Source of the DNA: Tricharina praecox
Lineage: Eukaryota
DNA: 55,182 bases
NCBI RefSeq assembly: GCF_024521635.1
Contig: NW_026250420.1
Coordinates: 744,001 to 799,182 of the forward strand
Reading direction: 5' to 3'
The notes below the pieces were generated by a model. It did not search any database, was not told the origin of the DNA, and saw only the letters and a list, made by a program, of their open reading frames with translations. A program made the position numbers and the translations under genes. This document shows, one piece after another, positions 36,728-50,616 of this stretch. How positions within the stretch are numbered: the stretch's first letter is position 1; every line of letters begins with the position of its first letter.

Positions 36728-37440
36728 TAGACCCCTTGCCATCCATCGGCCCACGGTCACCGCGCTCGAACTTGCCCGGAGCGTACAAAGGTCGGTCGGC
36801 AGATGGGTATCCAGCGGTTGACATCCGCTAGTAGGCGTAATGAGCGCCAATATGGTCACACTAACAGCGGAATAATTCTTAGTAGAGTTTGCTCCGTATG
36901 TACGTTGATAAGCGTGCTGTCCAGTATGTATGAGAAAGTCAGTTTTCTTTTTAAGACCACTTAAAATGCGCTTCTTGCCGCCCTGGAGTAGTGGGGCCGA
37001 TGCATTGTCTATTTGTGGCGTGTCCAGACTAACGCACAGTGCCAGCTTTCGGAACTGTTCTGGCAGTGCAGACCATCTTATTCTCCTGACTGGGAAGAAG
37101 CAACGGTGGATCCAATCAATGTCCAAACAACAAACTGTTGCGCGCGCATGTGTCTCAAATTCTATTCCTGCATTACGGTGCCCGCCTTGACCAATATCCA
37201 TGTGAACCCCATCGATCATCGGCGGCTGCGGGGAATGGTATCTGTCTTGACGAGGCGACGAAGGTACATAAGACAGTAGGTACATCGTCAATCTTCAGCC
37301 AATTCATACATACATTATCCTTCCAGTCTCCGGCCATTACCATCTATAGGGCTTTCCTGTTCAAAGACTCTCAATCCACCAAAAGACCCAATATCACGTT
37401 CCAAGCCTCTACGTCCAGGATCCACCGACCATCCCAAACA

Positions 37441-38859
37441 ATGGGCAAAACATTCAAACTCACTGATATCCTGTTAACCATTCCACTGGATGTACTCCGC
37501 GCCGCAATAGCGAACCAATTACCAGTGGCGGAGACACAGGGCCTCATCGTTTCGCTCTGCCGGGATCCCGAGCAAAATGATTCGCCCTATCATCAGATCG
37601 CCACCGTCACTTTCCCCGGCCAAGAGCCAGCCGCGCTGTCAAAGTGCAAGGAGGACGTCCCAGTATCTTGGGACCTGGTCGGTGTTGGTATAGTGGTCGC
37701 TGATGTCGACTTCTACAATATGACGCCGCTATACGCTGCGACTAATCCGCGCTGCGAGTAAGGAATCCCCGGCCACTCTACCTCATAATCTTGAGATTGC
37801 GCATGATGAGAGGTGAAATGTAGTATCATCGCGGTGACAGGTCTCGCCGGCCATGGATTCGGCTCTTGGAAATCAAGGGGCAAGCACGACATGTGGCTGA
37901 GGGACTTCCTACCGCAGGATCTGAAAAAATTGCAGCCCAGAATCTTGACTTGGGGCTACGACGCGAAATTGACGAAAAGTGAAACCCAAAACAATTTGGT
38001 TGAATATGGGAGGCAGTTTATGGACGCCGTCAACGCGATTCGTGAGGTAAGAACAATATCTTTTGCCTGGTGCGCAGATAACCAGCATTGACAATCCCAT
38101 CATTCAGGACAAGTACCGCCCGATAATCTTCATCGGCCATAGTTTTGGGGGCTTGGTCATCAAGCAGGTACCTAGTTCCCCACATTATGAACAAGTTGAC
38201 CCTGTAGACGGATGTTAACACTGGGATGATTGCAGGCACTTTGCAACCCAAACACAGAAATCAATTCGATGGATGAACAGATCTACAACAGTTGCGCTGG
38301 AATCTTCTTCTTTGGCGTCCCAAACAAAGGCCTCAACCACGAGAACCTCCTGGGCATGGTGGAGGAAGCGCCCAGTAAGGCACTCGTCGAAGACTTGGTC
38401 TTGAAAACGAACGCTCTTCAGGTGGCGTACGAGAACTTTCTACAATACTTCAGGACCGACGACCTCCACTTCACTTCGTATTATGAGACGAAACTGTCAC
38501 CCACCGTGTCAAAGAACGTAAGCTTGACTGATTCCACCCATTTTACCCGCGCCTCGGCCCCCCCGACCCGACGCTGATCATCGGTACTTATATAGGCCAC
38601 GACCGGCAAGTTCGAGCGTACGGGACTAAAGGTGATGATGGTTACCAAGGATTCCGCCATGTGGACCAGTCCGAATCAGGCGATTCAGAAGATGGTGCCA
38701 ATTGATGCCGACCACTCGGAGATTGTCAAGTTCATGTCACTGACGGACGTGAACTACCTCGACGTGAGGGGGCGGATCGAAAGATGCATGGCAGATTCAC
38801 AACGCGTTATATTAGAGCGATGGAGGAAGCTTGGGCGGCCCCTGGAGGAGCCCATCTGA
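37441..38859 (+). CDS. SesB-like / SERAC1-like alpha/beta hydrolase, stand-alone, 5 exons
   Basis: Exons 37441-37757, 37824-38046, 38108-38167, 38236-38517 and 38596-38859. Motifs: DIIAVTGLAGHGFGSW, MWLRDFLP, RILTWGYD, RPIIFIGHSFGGLVIKQAL (GxSxG), GIFFFGVPNKG, IDADHSEIVKF. Confidence 0.85.
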
Positions 38860-40193
38860 TCAATCATCAACCCAGGTGATCTGGCTGGATGCAATGGGAG
38901 GTTGCCGGGTGGAACGGCTCTTTGACGGCGGTGCGAAATATTTGCGGGATGTTATGAGTTCTGTGCAAGGCTGGGAATGCGATCATGTACTTATTGATGT
39001 TTGAATTTTGGAATACTGGCTCGGGGAATTGGATCCAAGGAGGTTTGACTCGATCTGCTTTCCGCGTGACGAAACTCCACCAAGGCAGCCACTCGGGACA
39101 CGGCTTGATATCCTAAGCCTTTCGACCGCTAAAACCGACAAGCACATAATTACATGCTAGGAGCCGCTTTCTAGTGCGAGTTAGCTTAGAGAAACCTGTA
39201 ACAGTGCGAGAGCCTAATAGTATTGGGATATATCACTCGATGCTTCGTCAATGGAGAAGGCACTGGCCTCTACCCTTATTTCCTTCTGGCGCAGCAATGA
39301 GCCGCCGGCGAGAGAGCTTTCTTTCTTCCTCTGTGAAGCTGGCAGGAAAAGATTTGTGTAATCTCTCTCTCGACTCTCGGTATTCTCTTTAAACACATCA
39401 ATACTTCTTTTTATCACGAGTCTTCACCATTTCCAGCGGATGCGCGAAGTGAATCCGCGAGTGCTAGTGCGTGAGTTCGAAGCCTTACTACCAGAACGAA
39501 CCCCCGGACCAACCCTCCCATGTGCAGGTGGTCCGCGTCTAGAGCTGCTCGTTTAATTTCCGGTTGGATTCAATCTGTAGCTCTTCTGACATCGCCAGGC
39601 CGAGGCGAGTCACCATCAATCTTTCATCTGCACGTCGATATCCCATTGACTAAACCGCAATATTGGGATAGGTATATCGATAAGTCGAACTATCGTTCGT
39701 GACCGGGCCCCACCTGCGATTCTAGCGCGATTAACTGGTATCCTGACCTCATTATTGAGCCAACAAGCAGTCAATTTAAACACGTGCTTCCAGCCTTTCC
39801 CATATTCTACAGAGAGTAGCCCTCAGCCAACCCACCACCTCAATCTCGACTCCTTCCATCAACCCTTCCTTCACCGCTCAAGCCCTCACCGCTGCAAAAA
39901 AAGGAACACGCACCCAAGCAAAGGAAAGAAGTAATAACGGCCGGCCCCCAATCCATCCTTCTGTGCTTCCTTGTCCGGGTATCATTTATCCATCCATCCA
40001 TCCATCCATCCATTTCCCCATCCATCCATCCATCCATCCATCCATCCATCAATTTCCCCAGTTCGATCCATTGCTAGCCAACTTCTATTCAACTACACCT
40101 GCAAACAACCTCACCCAGAGCGCACTGAAACGCAACCGCATGGCCACAATAGTAATGGCGACAAAGAAACCCAGAATCGACGGCAGCCTGTCT

Positions 40194-41959
40194 TCATTCC
40201 TCGCTCAAGACATCTCCATCTTGCGCCTCTCCCGACGGTAGCGGCATAGCGGCAGCGATTTCTGTAGGTGGCAAATCGGCACCCTTGCGCCGCGGTACCC
40301 TTCCAACCGTATCATTCATATGGCCATCCTCAGACAAAAACCTGTCGAGATAAGAATAGACCGCCTTATTATCCGCAACTCCCGCCAATTGCCACGGCTG
40401 ATACCCATCGCCATCCCGTTCTTCCAGCTTGGCTCCGCGGCGGACCAACAGCCTCGCGACCGACTCCCACCCGGAATACGCGGCCCAGTGAAGTGGTGTC
40501 ATTCCCGCCAGGTCCTTCGCATTCACCTCGGCACCAGCGTCGATCAACCGCTTGCAGATGCCGGCGGTGTAAAAACTAGCGGCCAGGTGCAGAGCAGTTC
40601 CTCCCGTTCGATCGGTGGCCGCGACATCAGCACCCATCGAGATAAGGAGCTTAACGATATCCCTCCGCTCCTCCTGGATGGCCATGTGAAGGGGCCTCAT
40701 CCCGTCGGCGTTCCTGGCCGTGATCTTGGCGCCAGCAGTGACCAACAGCTTCACCATCTTTATGTTACCGTTCTTTACAGCAAGGTGGAGGGGCGTGTCG
40801 CCTTCGCGATCCCAGACCTTGGTCTTTGCTCCCTTGCCGAGCAATAACATTGCGATGCGGCGGTGGCCCTTCTCCGCTGCGATATGGAGAGGTGTCCGTC
40901 CATCCGACTGGAGAGGATGCGATGCACGTTGGAACTTAGAATTGGGATTCGCACCCTGTTCCAGAAGATGGGCCACAGTGTTCGTCAATCCGCGACCGGC
41001 GCCCCAATGTAAGATGGTTGAAGCATCGAGGAACTCGATCTCCTTGCCCATACGATAGAGGGCGTGTGTCAGGAGGATGTACAAACGGCGATTGGTTCGG
41101 GAGAAGCGGTTCAGATCGCGCTCGAAGAGTAACTCGCCTATCTGGAGTAGGATCTCGCTGGGTAGGGATTGGATAGAAGTCGCTCCCAAGATGGACGGCA
41201 AGGAGGTTGAGATGGATGTTGTCCTCAGGCACAGTCCACCGACGGTAGGATGTGGGATACCGTGATGTTCCCTGCCATGATTCTCATCGCACCGCTGATC
41301 TTCTTCTTCTTCGTCACCGGCTTTCTCGTGGTCACGTTCGTCGGCGCCCTCGTCTTCAGACTACGCAGAAGGTCAACCATGCAACCTTCCTTCGTCATTC
41401 TCTCACGAGCTAAATAAATATGCGTCGCACGTATGCAACGTGACGGATGGAATGCGGGGGGTGTGTGTGAGTGGGTTTGGGTAGATAGACAACATACACG
41501 ATGATGATAATTTCCGGCACCTGGTGCTCCCCCCTTTCCGCCGCCATCACTAGCACCGCCACCACCGCCGCCACCACCACCATGACCGTTCAACAAAAAC
41601 TGAGGACTGTGGTTGATTCTCTGTGGAACCCGCCATTTCATTGGTGTTGGCGACGATGGCGGCGTGGTATTGGTGTCGCTGCTGGCATCATCGCTACCCC
41701 GGTCACCCGAGCACCTCCCCGCACTAGACGATCGTGGCGCCTCAGAGCTCCAGCACGAGCTACTACTCCCGCTGCTGCTGTTCGTAGGCGATGGTGCCCT
41801 CTCGTTCGCAACTTCCGTCAGATCCTCGGTCATGTTCGATTCGTCGTGTACCGAGCTCGTCGGAGGTAGGCAGCGAGCCTGCTTCCGCTTGGGGCTGATG
41901 GGCGTCTTTTTGGGTCGCGAGTCTGGGTCGCCCGAAGTGTTTCGCTTTGGGCGCGTCAT
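40194..41959 (-). CDS. F-box-like plus ankyrin-repeat protein with disordered N-terminus, 2 exons
   Basis: A phase-0 intron 41497-41361 (GTATGT...GTTGAC...TAG) joins ORF 41959 to the ankyrin ORF, which has no ATG of its own upstream of the F-box. SLPSEILLQIGELL..RDLNRFSRTNRRLY is F-box-like; ~6-7 GxTPLHxA ankyrin repeats follow. Confidence 0.82.
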
Positions 41960-43441
41960 CGTGAAGGTGGTAGTAGTAGTAGTAAGAATAGCAGTGATAG
42001 TAGATCAGTGGCGGGGCGGGGGGCGGGCGGAAAAGAATGAAAAAAAATCCGGGGAAAGCTACGGGATGACAGAGGGAATAGTGCGGGGTGAAGGTAGAAG
42101 GGGGAGAGGATGCAGGGGTGGGGGGGGTGGGGGAGGAAGGCAAGGTCGCGGGAGGTATTGAAGAGGTGAAGTGCAAGTTCGTTGTGCGCTTCGGACGGGT
42201 GTGTGGAGGATGTGGTGAAGGAGAGTGGGAGCAGGTGTGGAGGGGGAGAGGGTGTGAGGGGAGATTGTGTGTTGGGGTGACGGTGCGTCGCCCTGTGCTC
42301 TTTCTATGTATCTTTCACTCGCGCCGAACTCTCTCACTCCGAACTCTCACTCTCTCTTTCACCCCCCCACGGTGGGTAGGTGTCATGCACAGCTCAGGTA
42401 ACCCAGCCAATGGTAGCCAGCCAACGCCAATTCCGCAATCACAATCCCTCAAAGCCAACACGACCACGCACAGGCCTGAACACAGCGACTCATATGTACG
42501 TAGAAGCAAGGTCACGGAGGAGAGCAAGTACTTGTTACTCATACTATCGTGACTTCGAACAGCTCACCTTTAGCAGTTACAATGTTACATACCATAAATA
42601 CCGTCGCGAGGATCGATCGATGACTAAGACTACCCGGCTGCAGTTATGCTCTGCAATTACCAGCAACAGTCATCTAGGATTCCCAGCTCGTTAACGAGTG
42701 TTCCCAAGACCGCCGGAACCGAGAGTGTTGATTGTTGGGTGCGACGATGGCACGTGCTTGCTTTGGAGTGGGGGCGGTCACAGTTAGTCACTCGCGGTGT
42801 CATCATTGTCGTTTGGCCCGACAGTGGCCAACACTCGATCGCCGCATCGTCGCCGCCACAACCACGGAAGTCGACCGTTCGGCATGAATAGACAATCCAG
42901 CCGTGATGCCCTAATGCCGTGGAAATCTCTAGTGCATATTTGATCTCACTCGCCAAACTTGCCAGCCCTTCAGGCTGCCGAGCCATCACCCCTTTCGGCC
43001 CCCACACGCGGTCAACCCCTCATCCCAATTGACCCCGCAGTTGCCTCCCTGAACTATCCACGCATGTCCAGCACAATATGTAAGGCTAGTAGCTATGCAC
43101 CCTGCAGCTGCAGGCCAAGAGGCCGAAGCTTAAGCACTACGGCATTTCGACGCTGCAGATCAACGGAATGGATGAGACGAAAATCGACTTGGAGCGACGA
43201 CGATGAATGCCGTCGTGCGGGACAACTTCTCCGAGTCCCCCACTCGTGAACGTAATTCTGCGATGCTCCGAGAGGTCACTAAACCGTGGGCATCCGCACA
43301 ACATCACTAGCACTAGATCCGGCGAGACTATCTAATACCTATACTGTCTAACAAAGAATAGCATTCATTACGACATTAAAAGTCTTCCCGAAAGAGACCA
43401 CAAATACCCAAAGCTACACAAGATATCGAAAACAAAACCCC

Positions 43442-46400
43442 TTATTCGTACGGAATAACATTACCCCCGCCCTGACTCCGTAGTCTCGCTCTTTCCAGCG
43501 GACTCATCTGTTGCTGCTGCTGCTGTGGTGGTGGCGGCTGGTGCGGAGGCCCCATCAGCCCTGGGCTGGACGGCCCAGGTGTCCGAGACTTCTCCACCCT
43601 CAATGGCGCAACCGTCGGCGCCGTCGTTGTACCCAAACCTTCAAGAACCATCTCCAGGTTCCCAACCACAACCCCATACTCCTGCATCATTCCCTTGACA
43701 CGCTCTTCCAGCTCAGCCTCGACGGCTTCATCCGCCATGCGGTACCTATCTTCAAGTGCGTTTTCGTCTTCGCCCTTGATCCTGGCCTCGGCGAGAGAAA
43801 CCTCATGATCTGCCGCGTTCAAGACTAGTGATGCGACGTGGGCGACCTTCATGAGGTTTTCGGCCACTTGCAGGGAGCCCTTGAGGGTTGCGTGGGCATG
43901 GAGAAGTTCCCCCTTCAGATGGGCCTTGTTGCCTGTGTATGCGGATGGTGGTCCGGGTAATGCCGCTAGGATCTTGTTGATTTCCATCGTAAGTTGGGTG
44001 ATGTAGTTGAGGTCCTGCTCGAGACCTGTATCCACAGCGAGCTCGATCACGGAGAGGAGGGTTCGCGTGCGCATCTGTTTTTCGCGGCAACTAGCGAGGG
44101 TGCTGGTGGACCATAGGTTAGTTTTTGGAGAGAACGCGGGTGGGATAGAATCGAATACTTACAGTTTCCGTTCACTGTCGTCGAAGTGTTTGATCATGGT
44201 GTTCATCTTCTTGATATCGTTGACAACCTTCAGTGGTTCGGTCACGGTCTTTCTGAACCTGCGATCTCGGGCCACAATTGCCTCGTGAACTCTGGCATGT
44301 CTCCTTTCGGCCATTCCATCGAGACGAACCAGAGTCTGCAAGACGGCATCACGCTCAGGCCGACCAGCCGCATTCCACCTATCTCTACCGGCGACAGAAC
44401 TGGCCAGGAATTCCCTACTCGTTCGGAAGTGGAGATTCATAACGTTCTTGATTCCCTCCTGTAGTTGATTGTAGACGGGCTCAAAGACTTCTGTCACGTA
44501 GCGGTCATACGCATTTTTCTCTTCTTCCTTCAGGAGCATCTCTTCCTTCTTGTTGAACTCGTCATCCATATCGCCGATATCACCATATCCGATCTTATTG
44601 GCCGCGAAGAGGCTATCGATGTAGTCTTGATGCTCCTCTTGTCTAGCCCGACGTTCTTCATCGAACTTTTTGCGGTTGGCCAACGCCTTCGTATCGAAAT
44701 CTGAGGTTAATTTGTCGATAAACGAAAAATCCTCGCTGATATTCGTGAGTGCTAACTTCGTGTCCTCCAACGCGCGAGACTTCTGCCTCGTAGTACCCTT
44801 AGGCGGCAGCAGACGCGTGAGATCTCGGGTGACTGTGTCAGGAGCTATGGGAGCAGGAGCAGGAGGGACTGGTTCTTCGTGAGACTCTTCGAAGGAGGGG
44901 AAAAAGTCGTCCGAAGCACTCTCCTTCATTGGCAGGAAAGTCTCGTCCACTCTGGGAGCAGGCCTTGTAGACAAATCCATGTCGACCGTTGTTCCAGCCC
45001 GGCGAATGGGTCCATACTCCGATTGCGGACGTGCCGTAGACGTTTTCCCAAAGGGGGTGACCTCGGCGTCCCGATGGAACGCTGTGTAGTCTGCGGTAGC
45101 GGAATCCACAGGTGCTTGTGCCCCAGAGAACGAATTCCTTCGTTGGTTGGAACACGCTGTGATTGTGCCTGGCTTGTATGGTGCATATGTGGGCTGTCCG
45201 GCTTTAGGCGGCTCCGGGGCTGGAGAATTCGGCTTTGGTGGGTTTGACTCCGAAGTACCTAGTGGCTGAGGATGAAGTGGTAAGCGGCTCTCGACGGAAG
45301 ATGGTCGGAATGGCGCGTATCCAAGTGCAGCAGGTGGCTCCACAAATTCCTGACGCGTGAGTTCTTTGTTTGGAGTCGCCGCGGGATATTGCTCTTGCGG
45401 CTTGGGATATTGCTCTTCCGGTTGTTGGGGATATTGCTCCTGCTTGTACCCCGGGTATCGCTCCTGCTGCTCAGGATACTGTTCTTGCAGCGGCGGAGGA
45501 TGTTGCTGCTGCTGCACTTGCGCCGGGTATTGCCCATTTTGTTCTTGGGGATACGGTTCCTGTTGGTGCTGAGGATATTGCTCCTGGTTGTACACCGGGT
45601 ATCGCTCTTGCTGCTCGGGATATTGTTCTTGCGGCTGAGGCGGATGTTGCTGCTGCACTTGCGCCGGGTATTGCTCATTCGGTTGCTGGGGATATTGCTC
45701 CTGCCTTTGCACCGGGTATCGCTCTTGCTGCTCGGGATATTGTTCTTGTGACTGCGGAGGATGTTGCTCAAGTTTCTGCGCGGCATAGCGCTCCTGCTGT
45801 TGCTGCGGGTAATCGATTGGCTCTGTACCGACATGTGCTGCACCCTCACAGCCGGTTTCCTGTTGCGAATGGTCTGTCGCCAGCAAAGCCTGGTTCTGCG
45901 CAGCTACGGGCGGTGTATACGCAATCGGCACAGCCTGTACAGGCTCACAGCCGACAACTGGCACTGATATAACTGATTCAACGTGTGCGGAACGGTGCTC
46001 GCAGACGGGGTTTTCGACTTCAACCGGGGCTGTGAACGGCGTAGGAGGAGGAAATTCTACTGCGGGCGCGACTGCAGAAGGTTGAGTCTCCGCAACCACC
46101 GGAAGCCTTGCCAGACTACCTTGCCTGCTCGGCGGATCACCGATCGCGAGAGGATACTTTTGCCCTCGAAGGAAGTACTCCTGCTCCATAAAGTCTTTGA
46201 AAATTTTCAACTTTTCCTCGTCCTTGGGTGCAGCAGCCTCAGCTTCAATCATAACGATAAACCTCGTGATGGAATCCTGGTAAAATGGGTCCAATTCCTG
46301 AAGCCGCTCAATTGTTGCATCTTCCTCGGATTGCTCCATATTGCGATGTGTTGGCTGTTCAGCTTGTTGTAACGCAGGAACCACGATCTGATCAATTGTG

Positions 46401-48542
46401 AACGCCGTGGGTGTCGAGTCAGCCGGCACCCCGGGTTGTACAGATGGAGGGATGTCGCCCATAACGGATGGGGTTGTCGATTCGACTAGGGGATGAACGG
46501 TGTTGGACTGCGGTTGCCATGTTTGTGACTGAGGGTTCACTGCCGGCTCCTGTGAAGAGGGCGGTACATCGGAGATGATGTACCCAACATTCATCTGAGG
46601 TTGTGGTGTTGTAAGGCTAGGGTCCGCACTTGGATGGCTTGGGGACAAGTCAGCCGGCTTTTGCTCTACGACACGCGCCGGAATGGGTGTCGGAGAGGCC
46701 TCTGCTGTGGCACCAACGGGCTTCCGATCACCATAAATCTCTGGGTGCTGCGCTGGGTGAATGTTTGTGGGAGATTTGTGCACTGGGGATTCCGCTTCGT
46801 CGCCCGGCCCATCCGCATAATACCCATCATATGTTTCCCAGCTCGTGAGCCCGCCGGAAGCGAATACATTTGCGGAAGTCCACGCCGAGCCTGCTGGTTT
46901 TGGGGGCGAGGGGGCTTTTGGTGTCGGTGGCTTCGGCGGGGGAGTCGGAGCCCACCGGTACTCCTTTAGTGGAGGTTGTGGTTGGGCCTGGAGTGCTGGT
47001 GGAGGTGTGGCGGCTGTCGCAGAAGAATACTGCTGGGATGGTTGAGGTGGCTGTGGAACTGGAGGTGGAGTCAAGCTTTTTGGTGGCTCGTACTGGTACT
47101 GGGACGCTGCGGGGGGTGTGTACGTGTAGGTAGGGGCCGTTGCTGGAGCAATCGGCAACACAGGTGGTGGTTGTGTGGGCTCATGTGGCTGTTGGCTCTC
47201 ATGGAAGGGGTTTGGCGGTGGAAGTGGCGGTGTCGCAGTCGTGAAGGTATATATTTGCTGTGATAGTAGATGTTGTGGTTGAGGCGGCGGTGTTGGTTTC
47301 GCTGACTCATTATTGTAAACTTGCGCGTTCTGGGGGTATGCATAGTCATTGGGTGGAGCCGCAGGCTGCGGTGGAGTTGAAGTTGACACTGGATTGCCGA
47401 GGTGGTTATAGCCTCCTCCTGCGGAAAACGGAGTCGCCTGTCCAAGCGTGGGAGTCGAGTGTGGCTGTTGCCCATACTGAGTTGCAGGTGGTGGGGAGGT
47501 TGGTTGCTGGGATTGCCCAAATTGGTACGGAGATTGACTTTGTGTCTGCGAGATATTTGAACATCAGCCCCACATAACTTGGAATTTGGTCAGCGGAAAA
47601 CGCACATTGTCGGTCGTCGCACCACTTGTAGTAGGTACTGGCGGCTGAGACATCGAGTAATAATCCCCAAGAGGTTGCAGTTGTTGCTGTGGCGGCGGCG
47701 GTGGTGGCGGCGGTGGCTGAGGCTGCTGAGGTTGAAACTGTTGAGGTTGCTGGGGTTGCTGGGGCTGCTGGGGCTGCTGGAGCTGGTTTGAGTTCCAATG
47801 GTTTTGGACCGGGGAGTAACTTTGCTGAGGCGGTGGAGGAGGAGGATGCTGTTGCTGTTGCTGTTGATAGGGTTGCTGTTGATAGCCGGGCTGGTTCCAT
47901 GGCTGCGGAGGTTGATGGGCAGTAATCGGAGTTTGCGGCGTCTGGGATAGCGGCGGAGGCATTGGAGCCTGGTATTGATATTGCTGATGTGGAGGGGGTG
48001 GTGCGGGTTGGCCGGTGGCATGGGAACCGTACATGCTTGGTGGCACATACTGTCCATGCACTATTGGCGCTCCGTTAGGATTATATCCAGTCCCTGAATT
48101 CGCCTGAGGTCCAAACTGAGGCGGAGGTGCCGCGGGATTGTACCCTCCTTGCGACGGCTGTGGCGGCCATGAGTATTGCTGCTGCTGCGGCGGAGCGGTC
48201 GGCGGTAGGGGAGGAGGCGGAGGGCCCTGATTGTGGAAGTATGGTTGCTGAGGCGACGGTTGGGGGTACGAGGGAGGCGGAGGAGGGGGAGGCTGTTGAT
48301 AGTGGTATTGCTGCTGTGGAGGCTGCTGGTACTGAAAGGTGCCGGTGTGTTGCAGTGGAGCAGGACGGAAACCGTAATCTAACTTCCTCAGCACAGCTCC
48401 TCTCTTCTCACGTACATGTCGACCTACCCTGAGCGGCATTTGGCGCAACACCCGTTGCTGTTCCAGGCGCGATGGCACCCAGCGGAGCGTGGGAATTCGC
48501 CTGAGGTGCGCCCCCAGGAGGACCTCCGGGGAAGGAGTACAT
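43442..48542 (-). CDS. Large Pro/Gln/Tyr-rich protein with helical C-terminal region (~1600 aa), 4 exons
   Basis: ATG 48542. Introns 48427-48379, 47605-47546 and 44162-~44103 (acceptor ambiguous) link ORFs 47564..48691, 44159..47389 and 43442..44074 in frame. Internal QEQYP repeats. Confidence 0.8.
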
Positions 48543-50105
48543 CTGTAGGAGCGAGGCTGACGTAAATTCTGGGTTGGGACGATGGAGTGTTTCGCGTTCA
48601 GTATGCCGAGATGCAATTGTGGGTCCGGACAATGGAGTGTAGTTATCGCGTGTAGTACGCCGAGTTGCAGTCGCAGCTGGTGGCCAGACAATGTGCGGGG
48701 CCCAGTTGATCGTTCGAAGTGGCTGGCTGTCGCACAAGAAGGGGCAGGGCCACTGAATGTTGAAGGTGATGCGTCGAAACAAGCTGTAGCTCAGCCGCAT
48801 CGCTTGGCTCTCGCTTGAGTGGCAGCTCATGTGAGCCATGCCCCATAGGGAAGGAACATGCCGCGAGTGTGCGATGAGTCCACGACCTGCACTTTGGCGC
48901 TTGACAGGGCCCGACCTAAGCGGGGCGTCCACATGAAAATGCCCCACGTGACATCATGAGGTCGCGATGATCATTAGAATGCGATAGCCTTGAGCGATCG
49001 CGCAGCAAACCACATCAGCTGCCCGGAACGCGCGTGCTCGGAATGGCGCGAGCATGTCAACCCCCATCCGCCGAGCGGCCGGGGTTGATGAACCGAAATG
49101 GCGTACCGTCAACCCGATTCTCAGTCGACAGTGCTGACATAGGTATAGCCGTTTGTGGGGCTCTCGAAATGGCGTCGATGTCGGTAGGTCATCAGTGTTT
49201 CCGGCCATCTCCGGTAGCGGAGGAGAGGTACGCCTTCCATAGAGATGCATCCAGACCCCCGGGATGACGGTTACTACAACCACTCACTCGTCCGCAAGGA
49301 TTGTCCAGTAACCAGCCTGGTCACGTACGAATGGCCCTACCAGAAGTTATGAATTTATCTCTCTCTCCGCTTGCTACCACTATCTGCTCCCGTCTATGCT
49401 CTCTCGTTCAACTTTCTTCCGCCGACCCACCCATCCGTTCGTCCTTGCAAAGCGGGCTATCTCCGTCCTACACCTTAGTCCTATATGAAGTCTATCCGTT
49501 CCTGATTTTTGCTTGAAGCTGCTCCGCAGAGTGCGAATTCGTTGTTTATTGAAAGCGATCACTGGTCCCAATAGCTTTGTTTCCCGGTAAGCCCCTCCGA
49601 AAAAATACGGGTTAATGGTGGCTTGTTTCTGCAAGTGGTGGTCATTTCGTTACCAGGAGGTAAAGAATTCCCAGTTCCCGAGGCCTGCTGAGTGCGGGGT
49701 GGGAGTGATTTCGATAACGGTATTTTGCATTTGATGTGATGAGATGATCTTTGGTGAACATATTGTCGAAAAAAAATATATATATTTATCAAATCGCGGT
49801 CGGAATTGCGCCCAATGCTTACTTCTGGCAACAAAATGTCTCTGTCGTTCGGGGGGTTGCCGAAGTAAGGAAAGTGAACCTCTGACGCCTGCCTGAAGGT
49901 TCTGCTTTGGTGGCATTGATATTGACTGCAGTCCATGTATTGATCGGGTGAGGAATCTGCTCGCAATGCAGAGCTACCCCCATGACTAACGTTTCGATGG
50001 TGTAATCTGTATCGCTGTGGCCGATTTTTCTGGAAGGAGCCATGAACGAAATATAGAACAGGTCGTCAGTGGTCCATGGTCGCCATTGGAAGCTCATAGT
50101 CTCTC

Positions 50106-50616
50106 TGTAACGGCACGGTCGGGCAAGGCTCCAGGTAGCGAAGCCGGGCTGGGGGTCGGGTTCTGGGTTCGGTAGAGGCAAGACAGGTTCAGGGGACAAG
50201 GTGAGGCAGGGCTCAGTGCAGACGGCAACTGAGAACAGAGGCAGGGACAAGGACTACGGCGCAGACGGCAGCCGAGGCAAGGGCAGAGGTAACAGTGATT
50301 GAATTGACAAGTTGTTGCGTGAAGAACTAAGTACAGAGGGGCAACGGCCCGTTTATATAGGAAACCCTGCACTTCTTCTCGCAACCTGACAATAACCGTG
50401 GGCGTGTGCCAGACCCTGAGAAATCCACCTTGCCAGTACCCCCGCTTCCGTGACTCATACCCTGCGCAGCCGCACTACCCCTGCTTACTGCAAACAGCCC
50501 CAATTCCTCCGGCTCATTCCTGCATTGCCGCCCGCGCAGCCCCTTGCACTGCCCCCGTGCTGCCTTCCCACCCCTGTTCCGACTCTTCCTCGAACATCCC
50601 GTCGCGAGCCGTGACA
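50106..50616 (-). mobile_element. Solo LTR (family A), 511 bp, 5-bp TSD CTCTC
   Basis: TGTAAC...GTGACA termini; CTCTC at 50101-05 and 50617-21; homologous to the LTR at 51216-51726. Confidence 0.9.

Noticed and set aside
39220..39560. Protein-like fragments (MEKALASTLISFW...RELSFFL) and a GTTCGAAG T-loop-like motif
   Set aside because: Too short and interrupted to support either a gene relic or a tRNA.
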